DNA from: Candidatus Hydrogenedentota bacterium
Lineage (GTDB): Bacteria; Hydrogenedentota; Hydrogenedentia; Hydrogenedentales; SLHB01
Length of the DNA: 64,000 nt
NCBI GenBank assembly: GCA_963668025.2
Contig: CAXXTH010000012.1
Location: forward strand, 32,001 to 96,000
Direction: 5' to 3'
Below, piece after piece: positions 38,386 through 47,902 of the stretch. Both the position numbers and the translations under genes were made by a program. The notes under the pieces are model-generated. The model saw only the letters and a list, made by a program, of their open reading frames with translations. It made no database searches and was not told where the DNA came from. Positions within the stretch are counted from its first letter, which is position 1. Every line of letters begins with the position of its first letter.

Positions 38386-39821
38386 GCGTTCATATCGATG
38401 TTAGCAAATCGTTGCATCAGGTCCGCCGCTTCATGAAGCCGGTCACCGTTCCATATGCCCACATGCACCTGCGTGTTGGGATATCCCGCACTGGACAGCG
38501 CGCTCTCGAGTTCGCCGGAAGCGGCAGTGAGCGCTTCAGCGGCCTCGGGGTCTGTTGTGCGAAGCCCGCAGATACACTGCTCCGAAACCACGGCCAGGTG
38601 AATCCAAAGGTCGCCGAGCCGCGTGGTGGAGAGGTCCATCACGATAGTGGCGTTGCGTGAATCAAATCGGCGTCCGCCCCGGCCTTCTCCGAAAAAATGC
38701 ACTTGCGCATGTTCAATCTCTCCACCAGGAGGCAGAGGGATTTCGATGAATTGATAGGCTATATCGGAAGTACGCATGTTCTGCACCGCGCTTCCATCAA
38801 GCCGGTCGAGCAGGCGGCCCAGCGTTTCTTGAAAGCTCTGTCCATGGCCTTCGGTGTGAAGAAATCGCGTTAAGCCGTCTTGGCGTTGCAGCATATCCAG
38901 AAACGAGCGCAGATCGTGGCCGGCGTCGAATGCTCCATCCTGTGTCCCTGTTTGAAAGGCGTTTGCGAGCTTCGCTTCCGAAAGCAAGCCCAGCCGTGCG
39001 GCGAGCCGGGGCAGCGCCTCTTTCCAGTCTTTGCCAGGCGCAAGCAGGGCTTCATCCAGCAGCGAGGCGAGTTCATCGGATAGCAATGCGGGTATTGCTC
39101 CGGTGGCTGCCGCTTGGGCAACCCATTGTTGTATCCGCACGAGATCCCCTCCGGTATCTCCACGCAGAATAAAGAGGGATAAGAGCTGCCGGGCAGTGTC
39201 TGCCGTGAGCGGCAGGCGTCCCGCGGCCATACGTATGGCGTCTGTTTGGCCTCCTGTGGCTTGAAGGGATTTCATTGCAGCGGTAATGGCTTCCATGAGG
39301 TTTGTCGTGGCGGAGAACGCGTTGGCCGGAGCAACAGCAGTGGCTTGCTGGGGTGTAGCGGCGGCTTGCTGGGGTGTAGCGGCTGCCTGCTGGAGTGTAG
39401 TGGCTGTTTGCTGGGGTGTAGTGGCGGCTTGCTGGGGTGTGGCGGTTGTTTGCAGGGGTGTGGCGGCTGCTTGCTGGGGCGTAGCGGCTGCTTGCTGGGG
39501 TGTGGCGGTTGTTTGCTGGGGCGTAGCAGCGGCTTGCTGCGGTGTGGAGGCATTAAGTTGAGGCGTAATGCGTAGCTGAAAACCATTGCCTTGCTGGACG
39601 AGTTCAAGCTTGATGTGTTGTCCCGGCTGGAGCGTAGGTTGTGTATTGAGCGGTATTTTCGTGCCGCCCACTCGAATGAATAGGCTCCCCGGCTCACCTA
39701 ATACGACTGTCTCCATGGGGACGCCTGGCCTTAGCCCGGCAGTCAGCCCGAGCAAGGTGGTGTTGATTAATCCCGCTGACAGCGGAATAAAACCCGGTGG
39801 CATTCCGCCCAGGCCCGCCAT
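38382..39821 (-). CDS. FliK-like (hook-length control C-terminal domain) protein with tandem repeat
   Basis: C-terminal MDLS..RLGDL.I.L......C......E....L.....EL..AL...GY pattern; coupled to FlhB-C. Confidence 0.7.
   Translation of the reverse strand: MAGLGGMPPGFIPLSAGLINTTLLGLTAGLRPGVPMETVVLGEPGSLFIRVGGTKIPLNTQPTLQPGQHIKLELVQQGNGFQLRITPQLNASTPQQAAATPQQTTATPQQAAATPQQAAATPLQTTATPQQAATTPQQTATTLQQAAATPQQAAATPQQATAVAPANAFSATTNLMEAITAAMKSLQATGGQTDAIRMAAGRLPLTADTARQLLSLFILRGDTGGDLVRIQQWVAQAAATGAIPALLSDELASLLDEALLAPGKDWKEALPRLAARLGLLSEAKLANAFQTGTQDGAFDAGHDLRSFLDMLQRQDGLTRFLHTEGHGQSFQETLGRLLDRLDGSAVQNMRTSDIAYQFIEIPLPPGGEIEHAQVHFFGEGRGGRRFDSRNATIVMDLSTTRLGDLWIHLAVVSEQCICGLRTTDPEAAEALTAASGELESALSSAGYPNTQVHVGIWNGDRLHEAADLMQRFANIDMNA
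39336..39545 (-). repeat. Intragenic 21-bp tandem repeat, 10 copies (TPQQAAA consensus)
   Basis: Ten heptads from TPQQAAA to TPQQATA counted in the translation. Confidence 0.95.
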
Positions 39822-39825
39822 GGCT

Positions 39826-40761
39826 TTAGACCCGGTCTTTGCGGATGCTTAGGATGAGCCGGACTTCTCCCTTGCCGATGCCGATCTCGTTGGCGATCTC
39901 CGAGATGGACATGCCTGCATCGCGGTATTCATATACGCGCGCCTGAAGCGGGCTCAGCTTGCCTTTGCCATTTCCTCCCGATGCGGAGAAAGAGGGAGCG
40001 GCCTCCGAAGGCTTAAGGTTCTTGTCGCTGTTTTGGGCTTGCATATTCAATAAGGCGCGGAAGGCTTCACGCGCGGCCTCTGGGTTTTCCGGCTCGGTGG
40101 GCGGTTCATCCGGCGCATCGAAAAGGCTCGGTTCAAGGCTCGTTCCGCCGATATCCAGGCCGACCCAATTATCGAGCAAATCAGGACTAGGCGCGGGGCG
40201 TGTGAGCACTTGAAGCTCCGGCGAAATAGCCGGTTTGGGGGCAGGGTTAGGCTTTGGCGTTTCCGGAGCAGGCGTTTCCTTGGGTGCTTGCCGTGGCGCA
40301 TTGGCGGCTGGCGCTGGCGCAACGGGCCGGGAACTGGCGCGTGGAACTGCGCCGGTGGCGGGTTTCTGCAGGGCTTGTTCGATGGCGTCCGCTTGTTCTT
40401 GCACATGCGCGACACTTGCTTGAATCTTGGGAAGGGTATGGGCGACAGAACCGATTTCACCACGCAGGGTATCCAAATCGCGCATCGCGGTATCGACGGT
40501 GTCTTTGATGAAGGCGACTTTTTTATCGAGGCTTTCGTTGAGCTGCCGGGCGAGTTCTTTTTGCTGGTTGAGCAGATCGCGCATCGTTTGCAGTAAAATC
40601 ATCATATTGGCGAGGTCGCCTTGCGTGGCGCGTGATGGTGCGCCCGAGGAGCGTTTACTATAGATATAAAAAAAACCAGCGACCAGGCTGCAAAAAAAGA
40701 CGACGCCTGCCGCTATGAATAGGCCTTGTTGGATTACAGCTATTGTCTCTGGATTAGGCAT
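39826..40761 (-). CDS. Flagellar-locus membrane protein with coiled coil and C-terminal HTH (DUF6115/DUF2802-like)
   Basis: N-terminal TM, coiled coil, Pro-rich linker, GMSISEIANEIGIGKGEVRLIL. Confidence 0.75.
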   Translation of the reverse strand: MPNPETIAVIQQGLFIAAGVVFFCSLVAGFFYIYSKRSSGAPSRATQGDLANMMILLQTMRDLLNQQKELARQLNESLDKKVAFIKDTVDTAMRDLDTLRGEIGSVAHTLPKIQASVAHVQEQADAIEQALQKPATGAVPRASSRPVAPAPAANAPRQAPKETPAPETPKPNPAPKPAISPELQVLTRPAPSPDLLDNWVGLDIGGTSLEPSLFDAPDEPPTEPENPEAAREAFRALLNMQAQNSDKNLKPSEAAPSFSASGGNGKGKLSPLQARVYEYRDAGMSISEIANEIGIGKGEVRLILSIRKDRV

Positions 40762-40831
40762 GGCTCATCTCGCCGCAAACACCAGCACACCACATGCCCC
40801 ACCGCTCCCTCATATGGCCAGTAACGCGGCT

Positions 40832-41152
40832 TCAGATACTGACATCAAGGACGGTTCCTTCCCCGTCCACGGTTTGGCGTTTTTTCGTATCTTGTTCCGG
40901 TTCGCCATCCGGCAGCCGTTTTGCGGCGCGCCGCCCCACAAACGGATTTTTGCGCCGCCCGTCGGCATCCACGCCCGCATGGCCGGATTCGGCGGTTTGC
41001 TGCACTTGGGTTTCGATGCTGGCACGGTTCTCTTTGGCTTCTGCGGCGCCGCGCAACTGGGAAGCCAGCGACGCGCGTTCAGTAATTTCCTGGACGCGCT
41101 GGGCGGCGGTGGTTTTAGCAACCTCCGTTTGAAAATCCACTGGTTGAGGCAT
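40832..41152 (-). CDS. Hypothetical flagellar-operon protein
   Basis: Abuts fliA stop; P.DFQT and terminal G..LDV.I pattern. Confidence 0.65.
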   Translation of the reverse strand: MPQPVDFQTEVAKTTAAQRVQEITERASLASQLRGAAEAKENRASIETQVQQTAESGHAGVDADGRRKNPFVGRRAAKRLPDGEPEQDTKKRQTVDGEGTVLDVSI

Positions 41153-41914
41153 TTAGGCGCCTCCTTGCATGGCCTTTCGCAGCGCCTTCATGGCGGCGCT
41201 GTGAATCTGGCAGATGCGTGATTCCGAGACATCGAGCACTACGCCAATTTCTTTAAGCGTCAACTCTTCATAATAATATAAGTTTAGCACTTTCTGTTGC
41301 TGATCCGGTAATCGCAATATGGCCTGCACAAGGTGTTCTTGCTTTTCTTGCTCCCGGGCCATGTCTTCGGGGGAGAGGGCCGCGGCATCACTCGTCATAT
41401 CGCCTCGACGTCCATCTTCTCCGCTTTCGCTGGGAAGGTAGTCGTCAAGGGCAAGTACATGGGCTGTCTGCACTTGGGCAATCACATCCTCGACTTGTTC
41501 GACTGGAACGCCCAATTCTTCCGCAATGTCTACATTCATGGGTTCGGCGCCGTTTTCTTGGCGCAATTTATCGCGTGCGGAACCGATTTTCCGTGCCATG
41601 GCCCGTAGGGAACGCGGGGCCCAATCCAAAGAGCGGATTTGATCAATGATGGCCCCACGGACGCGAATGGTCGCATAGGTGGAGAATTTCACGTTTTGCC
41701 GGTGATCGTACCGATCCACCGCGTCGAGCAGGCCCAGCACGCCCCAGCTAATGAGGTCGTCCATTTCGACGCTCGAAGGCACATGAATCGCCATGCGCCC
41801 GGCGATATATTTCACCACACGCATATATTCGAGGATAATCGCTTCACGCGCTTGTTGATCCCCGTATTCTTTCCAGCGCAGCCAAAGGGCGCTTTCGTCA
41901 ATAGGATTCTTCAA
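41153..41914 (-). CDS. fliA: Sigma-28 factor FliA/WhiG
   Basis: DDLIS.G.LGL.DA.DRYD, F.TYA..R.RGAI.D..R.LDW.PRS.R, LYYYEELTLKEIG.VL.VSESRICQIH. Confidence 0.96.
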   Translation of the reverse strand: MKNPIDESALWLRWKEYGDQQAREAIILEYMRVVKYIAGRMAIHVPSSVEMDDLISWGVLGLLDAVDRYDHRQNVKFSTYATIRVRGAIIDQIRSLDWAPRSLRAMARKIGSARDKLRQENGAEPMNVDIAEELGVPVEQVEDVIAQVQTAHVLALDDYLPSESGEDGRRGDMTSDAAALSPEDMAREQEKQEHLVQAILRLPDQQQKVLNLYYYEELTLKEIGVVLDVSESRICQIHSAAMKALRKAMQGGA

Positions 41915-42864
41915 CGCAGACTCTCGATCCGTTCCTTTGTGCTCACAATTTCGGTGATGCGCAGGCCGAATTTTTCGTCCACCACAACGACATCGCCCCG
42001 GGCGATGAGTTTATCGTTCACTAGCAATTCGATGGGTTCATCCACCATATGGCCTACTTCGATGATGGAGCCTGGCCCGAGGGCTAGGATTTCCGCAATG
42101 GGCATTTCCACCCGGCCGAGGCGCGCTTTGACCACCAGGCGTATATCGAGCACCATGTCCAGATTCGGCGGAACAAAGGTGGAATGCCCTCCGCTTCTGT
42201 GTTCATCGGCGTTGCTTTTAGGTGCAGGTGCGGCCTTAGGGATGCCCACATTGCCCAAAATATCATCTAATTCGCTCTGATCCAACGCTTGCCCCCCTTC
42301 CGTAGAAGCCTTCAAGACTGCTTCCTCGGGAATAATCTCCGATAAATTGGCGGTAAACAACAATGCGCCTTGGCCTTGAATGTCTGGCGGAATGGAATAA
42401 TGAAAATCCGCGCGAACCGCATGATCTCCTATAAACTCTTTAATTCCTTGCGCCGCTGCTGGGCCGCCTTCCCGCACCCGCATGTTCCGGAGCGAGATTA
42501 CTTTGCCGTATTTTTCTTTGAAGAAGCCCGCGCCGGCGCCCAGAAAGGGGTCGTATACTTCCTTCAGATGCTCACAATCACTCGCGGCCACGGGATCTTG
42601 CGGCTCCGGACCCTCTCCCATGAATGCTTTGGCGATAGCATATGCCGTGAAGGCGGGCAGCAGCAAGGCAATTGCACCCCCTTCTTGTATGGTAGTCTGC
42701 AATACACCGCCATTGTGTTCAAGAAGGGTGGCTAGGGAGTCTGCATCAAGCGGGGCGGCTGTATCGAGTTCGAACGAAGTATCCGGGGAAACCATCGTGG
42801 CGACCACATCGAAAAAGCCCGATAGAAATCCTGTGGCGAACAGATTGGATGCCTCGTTGCTCAT
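41911..42864 (-). CDS. fliN: Flagellar switch protein FliN with N-terminal CheC-like domain (FliY-like)
   Basis: C-terminal SPOA domain NLD.VLDI.L.V...LG, GSIIE, LIARGDVVVVDEKFGLRITEI. Confidence 0.88.
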   Translation of the reverse strand: MSNEASNLFATGFLSGFFDVVATMVSPDTSFELDTAAPLDADSLATLLEHNGGVLQTTIQEGGAIALLLPAFTAYAIAKAFMGEGPEPQDPVAASDCEHLKEVYDPFLGAGAGFFKEKYGKVISLRNMRVREGGPAAAQGIKEFIGDHAVRADFHYSIPPDIQGQGALLFTANLSEIIPEEAVLKASTEGGQALDQSELDDILGNVGIPKAAPAPKSNADEHRSGGHSTFVPPNLDMVLDIRLVVKARLGRVEMPIAEILALGPGSIIEVGHMVDEPIELLVNDKLIARGDVVVVDEKFGLRITEIVSTKERIESLR

Positions 42865-42930
42865 GTATCTTCCCGCTGTTTGTTGTGTTTTAGACGGATG
42901 CGCCCTCAAGCTGGCATGCTTTGCGTGGCG

Positions 42931-43917
42931 CTACTCGTCAAGCACCAGGCTGGCCAGTTGCACGGCGCTAAATTCGCCGCTGCGCCCTGGCCGCGCCCGG
43001 AATCGTTCGATGCCGCCGATATCCACCCGAATGGGGGTCAAAATATCTGAATCAAGCTGGATCACATCGCCAATTTGTAATTCGGCCAAATCCTGCAGGC
43101 TCAATTGCGCAAAACCTAATATGGAATCGACTGGCACCATGGAATGCCGGATCGTACGCAAGATTTTCATGCGGGTTTGTTCGGCTGCCCGGGCGTTCAT
43201 CTTCCGGATGAATTGGATTTGCCGGGAAATCTGATCCAGTACGGGATTCAAAAATACGAGGGGAATGCAGAGGTTCATCTGCCCTACGGCTTCGCCCACG
43301 TGCATCTCGAATCCCACCAAGATCACCATATCGCTTCCCGCCACCACTTGGACAATCAGCGGATCGCTTTCTTGCGAGCGGATGCTCATTTTAAACTCGA
43401 TCAGATGCTCCCATGAACTGCGCCAGCTATCGAGCATCATCAATACGATGCGGTGGACAATGCGCTCTTCGATGGGGCTCAGTTCGCGCACCTTGTCGAT
43501 CATCTGCCCTTTGCCCCCCAGGATGCGGTCTACGATGGGGAATACGATGCTTGGGCCTAATTCGAGCACGCAGTTTCCCTCAAGGGGGGCCATGTTGATC
43601 TCGCATAGCGAGGTCGGGCGCGACACAGATAAAATAAACTCGTCATAGGTCAGCGAATCGAGTGATATCAGGTCCACGCGCACTACGGTGCGGAAGAAAG
43701 GAGGAAGGGCGATGCTAAGCGCGCGCGCAAAGGACTCGAACAGGCTTTGAAGGCCTTTGAGCTGCTCTTTGGATACCCGGTCGGGACGCCGAAAGTCATA
43801 GGTCGCCATGTCGCGAGCCTCGACAGGCTCGTACGGTTTTTCCTCGGGTTCAATCTCGCCGCGTGAAACGGCGTTGAGCAGGAGATCGACTTCTTCTTGG
43901 CTGAGGATATCGGCCAT
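42931..43917 (-). CDS. fliM: Flagellar motor switch protein FliM
   Basis: MADILSQEEVDLLL, YDFRRPDRVSKEQL, DRILGG.G, L..GDVI.L. Confidence 0.97.
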   Translation of the reverse strand: MADILSQEEVDLLLNAVSRGEIEPEEKPYEPVEARDMATYDFRRPDRVSKEQLKGLQSLFESFARALSIALPPFFRTVVRVDLISLDSLTYDEFILSVSRPTSLCEINMAPLEGNCVLELGPSIVFPIVDRILGGKGQMIDKVRELSPIEERIVHRIVLMMLDSWRSSWEHLIEFKMSIRSQESDPLIVQVVAGSDMVILVGFEMHVGEAVGQMNLCIPLVFLNPVLDQISRQIQFIRKMNARAAEQTRMKILRTIRHSMVPVDSILGFAQLSLQDLAELQIGDVIQLDSDILTPIRVDIGGIERFRARPGRSGEFSAVQLASLVLDE

Positions 43918-43968
43918 GGACACTGGACCCTCAGGTAAACATTTGACACAAGGCTTCCACTGCCTGCG

Positions 43969-43997
43969 AGTATACCACAGGCCACCATAGGGCGCAA
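43969..43997 (-). promoter_or_regulatory. Sigma70-type promoter for the fliM operon
   Basis: On minus strand TTGCGC-17 bp-TATACT with extended TG. Confidence 0.6.
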
Positions 43998-44142
43998 GGC
44001 GGGCAAATGGGCATAAGATATGTGCTGAGAGCGAGATACGATCTCCGTATTGAAACGGAAACCGCATCTCTTAATTGCGAATAATGTCAAGAAAAGTCAA
44101 CTAATAATAAAGGGGTGAACCACCCGATTTTGCCGAATAGCC

Positions 44143-44172
44143 TTGACAACCCGCGATAATATGTGGCATCAT
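44143..44172 (+). promoter_or_regulatory. Promoter candidate with no downstream + strand gene
   Basis: TTGACA-18 bp-CATCAT with extended TG. Confidence 0.5.
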
Positions 44173-44177
44173 TTAGG

Positions 44178-44308
44178 TGTTGAGCGTGAGCGTAGCGGTA
44201 GGAAGGGTTCCCACTCAGCCTATTTGCTTTTTTGCTCAATCTCATACATAAGCGCGCGGGTTGCGTCCCCCATTCCCCCGTACCCCCTGACCCGCGCGCT
44301 CTTTTTTT
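44178..44308 (+). ncRNA. Candidate small RNA (~130 nt)
   Basis: 5' hairpin ttgagc..agcggtagg/cctatttgct..gctcaa; terminator agcgcgcgggt/acccgcgcgct plus T7 with a C-rich loop. Confidence 0.55.
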
Positions 44309-44330
44309 GATAAATCAATTTTTCACATCT

Positions 44331-45161
44331 TTATCGTTTTAATAAAAATCTGTTAAGCGAAGAGCGTACCTTAAGCCCTATTTCTGTATCGAATAAAGCC
44401 AGCAAATCAAGGTTTCCAGACACTTTGGCCTTGAAACTGGCCAGGGTGTCCGATGCGTCGATCCAGATCCGGCGTAGCTGCCAGCGATCCGCGCCCGCAC
44501 GGTTTGGCCCATACCGGTTAGAAACGGCAAAAACATAGCCGCTCTCGCGCACGAGCCGCATGGTGATGGCGTTGTAATCGCGTTGCGTGCCATATGGATA
44601 AGCAAAGGCGGAGATGGGATGCCCGAGTACTTTTTGGAGCATAAGCCCCGATACTTCGATTTCCTCGCGCTGAACCTCTTTTCTCAGACGGGAGAGATGG
44701 GGATGGGTGAGCGTGTGGGCGCCAATGGAAATGCCCATGGCTTCAAGTGCAGGGAGGTCTTCCGGCTTGAGCATTGCACCCGTTGCCGGGTCGTCTTGGG
44801 GCGTCAGCACGCCGCCCAACCGCCCCGGCACCACAAAAACGGTGGCCGCAAAGCCCAAACGCCGTAAGACAGGCGCGGCGTGTACGAGATTGTCCCGGTA
44901 TCCATCATCAAAAGTAATGGCCACGCCTTCCACACCTTCCGCGGCCTGTTCGAGCGGGATGACTGGATAATGCCGGGACAGCCATTCCATCTGGGCCTGA
45001 AAGTTTTCGGGAGTGACATTCATGGCGTGGGCGCGATGCCCGACGCTATGGTAGGTGAGAATGCGCCGTTTGTTGTAAGGCATGGGTATTAGCTTCCCTC
45101 CTATGGCGAGAAGGGATTTAGCGCCGCGCTTGAGCAAGTCCTTGGCTTCAGCGCCCCGCAT
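44331..45161 (-). CDS. Polysaccharide deacetylase (CE4)
   Basis: ILTYH, ITFDDGY, GAHTLTHP.L, FAYPYG. Confidence 0.92.
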   Translation of the reverse strand: MRGAEAKDLLKRGAKSLLAIGGKLIPMPYNKRRILTYHSVGHRAHAMNVTPENFQAQMEWLSRHYPVIPLEQAAEGVEGVAITFDDGYRDNLVHAAPVLRRLGFAATVFVVPGRLGGVLTPQDDPATGAMLKPEDLPALEAMGISIGAHTLTHPHLSRLRKEVQREEIEVSGLMLQKVLGHPISAFAYPYGTQRDYNAITMRLVRESGYVFAVSNRYGPNRAGADRWQLRRIWIDASDTLASFKAKVSGNLDLLALFDTEIGLKVRSSLNRFLLKR

Positions 45162-46014
45162 GAAGCGCTTCCTGTTTTGCGGCCAGCATGCCCCATAGAT
45201 AGCCGCAGGCATATGCGCAATATGCGCCGAAACGTTGCATGCGCCCCATGGCTAAGGAGCGCAACAGCCGGAATGGAAAGCGTGCGGCCCGGTACGCCAG
45301 GGTGGTGCGTGGATTAAAACGCGAAGAATCGAGCGCCTCGTGCGTTTCATACACGCTGTCTGGATGGAACTTGCAGGCATAAGCCGAACCGTAACCGTTT
45401 CGGAAAAAAATGTGCAGCAGAGGCCGCCAGCCTCCGGGCAACGGGTGGTAGATCCGCGCATGAGGCGCGAGCACGACGCGATAGCCCGCCGCCCGCATGC
45501 GAACCCGCATATCGGGATCTAAGCCCCGGATAATGTCTTCCCGTTCGCAGCCGATAGCTTCAAAAATCCGTTTGGGAATGGCGCAACAGCCATGGCACGC
45601 CAAATCGCTATCGGTGATGGTTTCGACCACGGGCGTATTGAATCGCGGGAATTGGCATGCGGCGCGCCGCTGGAAGGCGTTCGCCTCCGGCAGGGCTACG
45701 ATGCTGGCACCCGCCATGCCGATGGAAGCATCTCCATCCAGGACATCTATCAAGCGTTGAAAAACGGTTTCATCCGCCACGCGGCTATCGTCATCTAGGA
45801 TGAGTAAAATGTCGCCTCGGGCTTGCGCCGCGCCCTGGTTGATGGCCGCACCCTGTGGTGATACGCCTTTCACCACAATCAGCTCATAATCGCGGTATGT
45901 TTGCATCTGGACGCTATCGAGCAAACGGGGCACGCATCCTTCACGGAAACCATCGCGTGAAGGGATAATCACGGACACGCGGGGCGCGCGTGCTTCTGTT
46001 TTCGGTTCAACCAT
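45148..46014 (-). CDS. Glycosyltransferase family 2
   Basis: VSVIIP, YELIVV, NQGA..ARGDIL.ILDDD, D.D...R.R.AGY. Confidence 0.9.
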   Translation of the reverse strand: MVEPKTEARAPRVSVIIPSRDGFREGCVPRLLDSVQMQTYRDYELIVVKGVSPQGAAINQGAAQARGDILLILDDDSRVADETVFQRLIDVLDGDASIGMAGASIVALPEANAFQRRAACQFPRFNTPVVETITDSDLACHGCCAIPKRIFEAIGCEREDIIRGLDPDMRVRMRAAGYRVVLAPHARIYHPLPGGWRPLLHIFFRNGYGSAYACKFHPDSVYETHEALDSSRFNPRTTLAYRAARFPFRLLRSLAMGRMQRFGAYCAYACGYLWGMLAAKQEALHAGR

Positions 46015-46208
46015 ATGCCGGGAGTATACCCGAGCATGTGGGGCTTGTTCACGTGGAAGCCACTGACTCTCAAAGTGGCGGCGAATGCGCTTTGAACATG
46101 ATGCGCCATGTTTTTTTGTTAGAGTTCCGTGAAATCTGTTCCGCCTAGGATGCGGTGTGAATGATGAAAATATACAGTTAGCTTAATGTGCCTCCAAATG
46201 CGTTTTAT

Positions 46209-46237
46209 TTGAGCGCATGGGCTTGATGGGGTACCAT
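46209..46237 (+). promoter_or_regulatory. Sigma70-type promoter for prs
   Basis: TTGAGC-17 bp-TACCAT. Confidence 0.55.
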
Positions 46238-46322
46238 ACGGGGATATCCGTGTGGCGGTTCCGCTGAGATTGTCCGATCTTGACGGATACGAAGCGTGCT
46301 GTAATTGGAATAGGAGGCCGGT

Positions 46323-47270
46323 GTGGACGTTGATGCGATATGTGTGTTCGGCGGTTCTGGAAGCCCTAAGCTGTCGGCGAAAATCTGTGAGTATTTGGGC
46401 ATTGGCTTAGGCAAGAGTGAGACCTTGCGGTTCTCGGAAGGTAATTTATTTGTCCGCATTCTCGAAAATGTGCGGGGCCGCCAAGTATATATCGTGCAGT
46501 CCACCTCTTTCCCCGCCAACGATAATTTCATGGAACTGCTGTTCTGGATAGACGCGTTCAAGCGCGCCAGCGCGGAATCGGTCACGGTGGTGATGCCCTA
46601 TTTCAGTTATGCGAAGGGCGATAAAAAAGACGAGCCGCGAGTGTCCATCCGTGCGCGGGTGTGCGCGGACACCATCGAGGCGGCGGGCGCGGACCGCGTG
46701 GTGACCATGGACCTGCATGCGGCGCAAATCCAGGGATTCTTCCGCGTTCCCGTGGACGATCTGTACGCCCTTCCGGTATTGTGCGACGCCGTGCGGCGGA
46801 TGCATTTGCCGGATTTGGTGGTGGTTTCGCCAGACGCCGGTTTCGCTAAAAAGGCGCGTAAATATGCTTCCTGCCTGGGCGTCTCGCTCGTGATAGGCGA
46901 TAAAGAGCGTGTGGCCCACGATGAAGATGCCCATGTGCTCGAGATCATCGGCAATGTGGAAGGCCAGACGGCGTTGGTCGTGGATGACTTTTCGATTTCG
47001 GCGGGCACATTAGTGGATGTGGCCCACAAGTTAAAGGAGCGCGGCGCAAAAGCCGTTTATGCGGCAGTGACCCATGCCTTGTTTTCCCAAGCCGCCATGG
47101 AACGGATTGCCGCCAGCCCCATCGAACGGATGTTCGTGACGGACACCGTCGAGACGCTTCCGACCACCTTCATCGATAAAGTCGAGATAGTTTCCGTGGC
47201 GCCGTTGTTTGGCGAGGCCATCCGCCGGATACATCAGCGCGAAAGTATCAGCGTATTATTCCCAAAATGA
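46323..47270 (+). CDS. prs: Ribose-phosphate pyrophosphokinase
   Basis: RFSEG, NDN.MEL, PYFSYA..DKK..PR, MDLHA.QIQGFF, VSPDAG, VDD....GT; GGAGG RBS with GTG start. Confidence 0.96.
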   Translation: MDVDAICVFGGSGSPKLSAKICEYLGIGLGKSETLRFSEGNLFVRILENVRGRQVYIVQSTSFPANDNFMELLFWIDAFKRASAESVTVVMPYFSYAKGDKKDEPRVSIRARVCADTIEAAGADRVVTMDLHAAQIQGFFRVPVDDLYALPVLCDAVRRMHLPDLVVVSPDAGFAKKARKYASCLGVSLVIGDKERVAHDEDAHVLEIIGNVEGQTALVVDDFSISAGTLVDVAHKLKERGAKAVYAAVTHALFSQAAMERIAASPIERMFVTDTVETLPTTFIDKVEIVSVAPLFGEAIRRIHQRESISVLFPK

Positions 47271-47336
47271 GCACATGTGCGTGCGGCTCGTGGAAGAGGA
47301 GTTTCGAGGCTTGCCGAAAGGCAAGCCTCGTTCGCA

Positions 47337-47642
47337 TTAGAAACGGCTCCGAATCTTTTCCGAACGCCGCTGCAAAGCATCGGCGATAATAAGGGAGCCA
47401 TATACAACCGCTAAAAAGACCATATAACCCGCCAGCATGGCCATGAGAAAAAGCGCCCACGGGGGCGCTATGATCCGTTCCTGGCTCAACATCCAGCCGC
47501 GAAATAAAAACGCGCCGAAAACGCCTCCTACGATTCCCCCTATAAGCCCGGCTGCTTGTACGAAACAGCCCGCCGTGCGAAGCGATTGGACAGCAGTCTT
47601 GTGGCTTTTCTGCTTTTCGTAATTCACTCCCGCCATGGCCAT
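47337..47642 (-). CDS. Hypothetical 2-TM membrane protein
   Basis: Two hydrophobic segments; GGGGAG RBS before MAMAG; start uncertain. Confidence 0.5.
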   Translation of the reverse strand: MAMAGVNYEKQKSHKTAVQSLRTAGCFVQAAGLIGGIVGGVFGAFLFRGWMLSQERIIAPPWALFLMAMLAGYMVFLAVVYGSLIIADALQRRSEKIRSRF

Positions 47643-47866
47643 GTACTCCCCAATCGTTATGAGGCGAAGCATTTCACGCACTATTCTCACTGGTATTATA
47701 TCATCTTGAACGCCAAAGTAATAAATCTGATGCGTATTTCCTAATCGCTGGGCAAGGCCAAACGTTTTCTGACAACCCGGCGCATTGGCCCATAAAAAAT
47801 AGGCTTTATAGCCGTGTAACAAGGAATGCACAGCTTCACCTGCGTGGTGCGGTTGAGTCATCTATA

Positions 47867-47902
47867 ACGCAGAAGCGCGGAGAACGCAAAGTATCGCAGA
47901 GA
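47867..47902. repeat. 9-nt-period repeat (left-arm type)
   Basis: aacgcagaagcgcggagaacgcaaagtatcgcagag resembles 29834-29860. Confidence 0.65.

Noticed and set aside
39336-39545. Regular repeats as a possible CRISPR array
   Set aside because: Contiguous 21-bp in-frame coding units with no spacers; no cas genes in the window.
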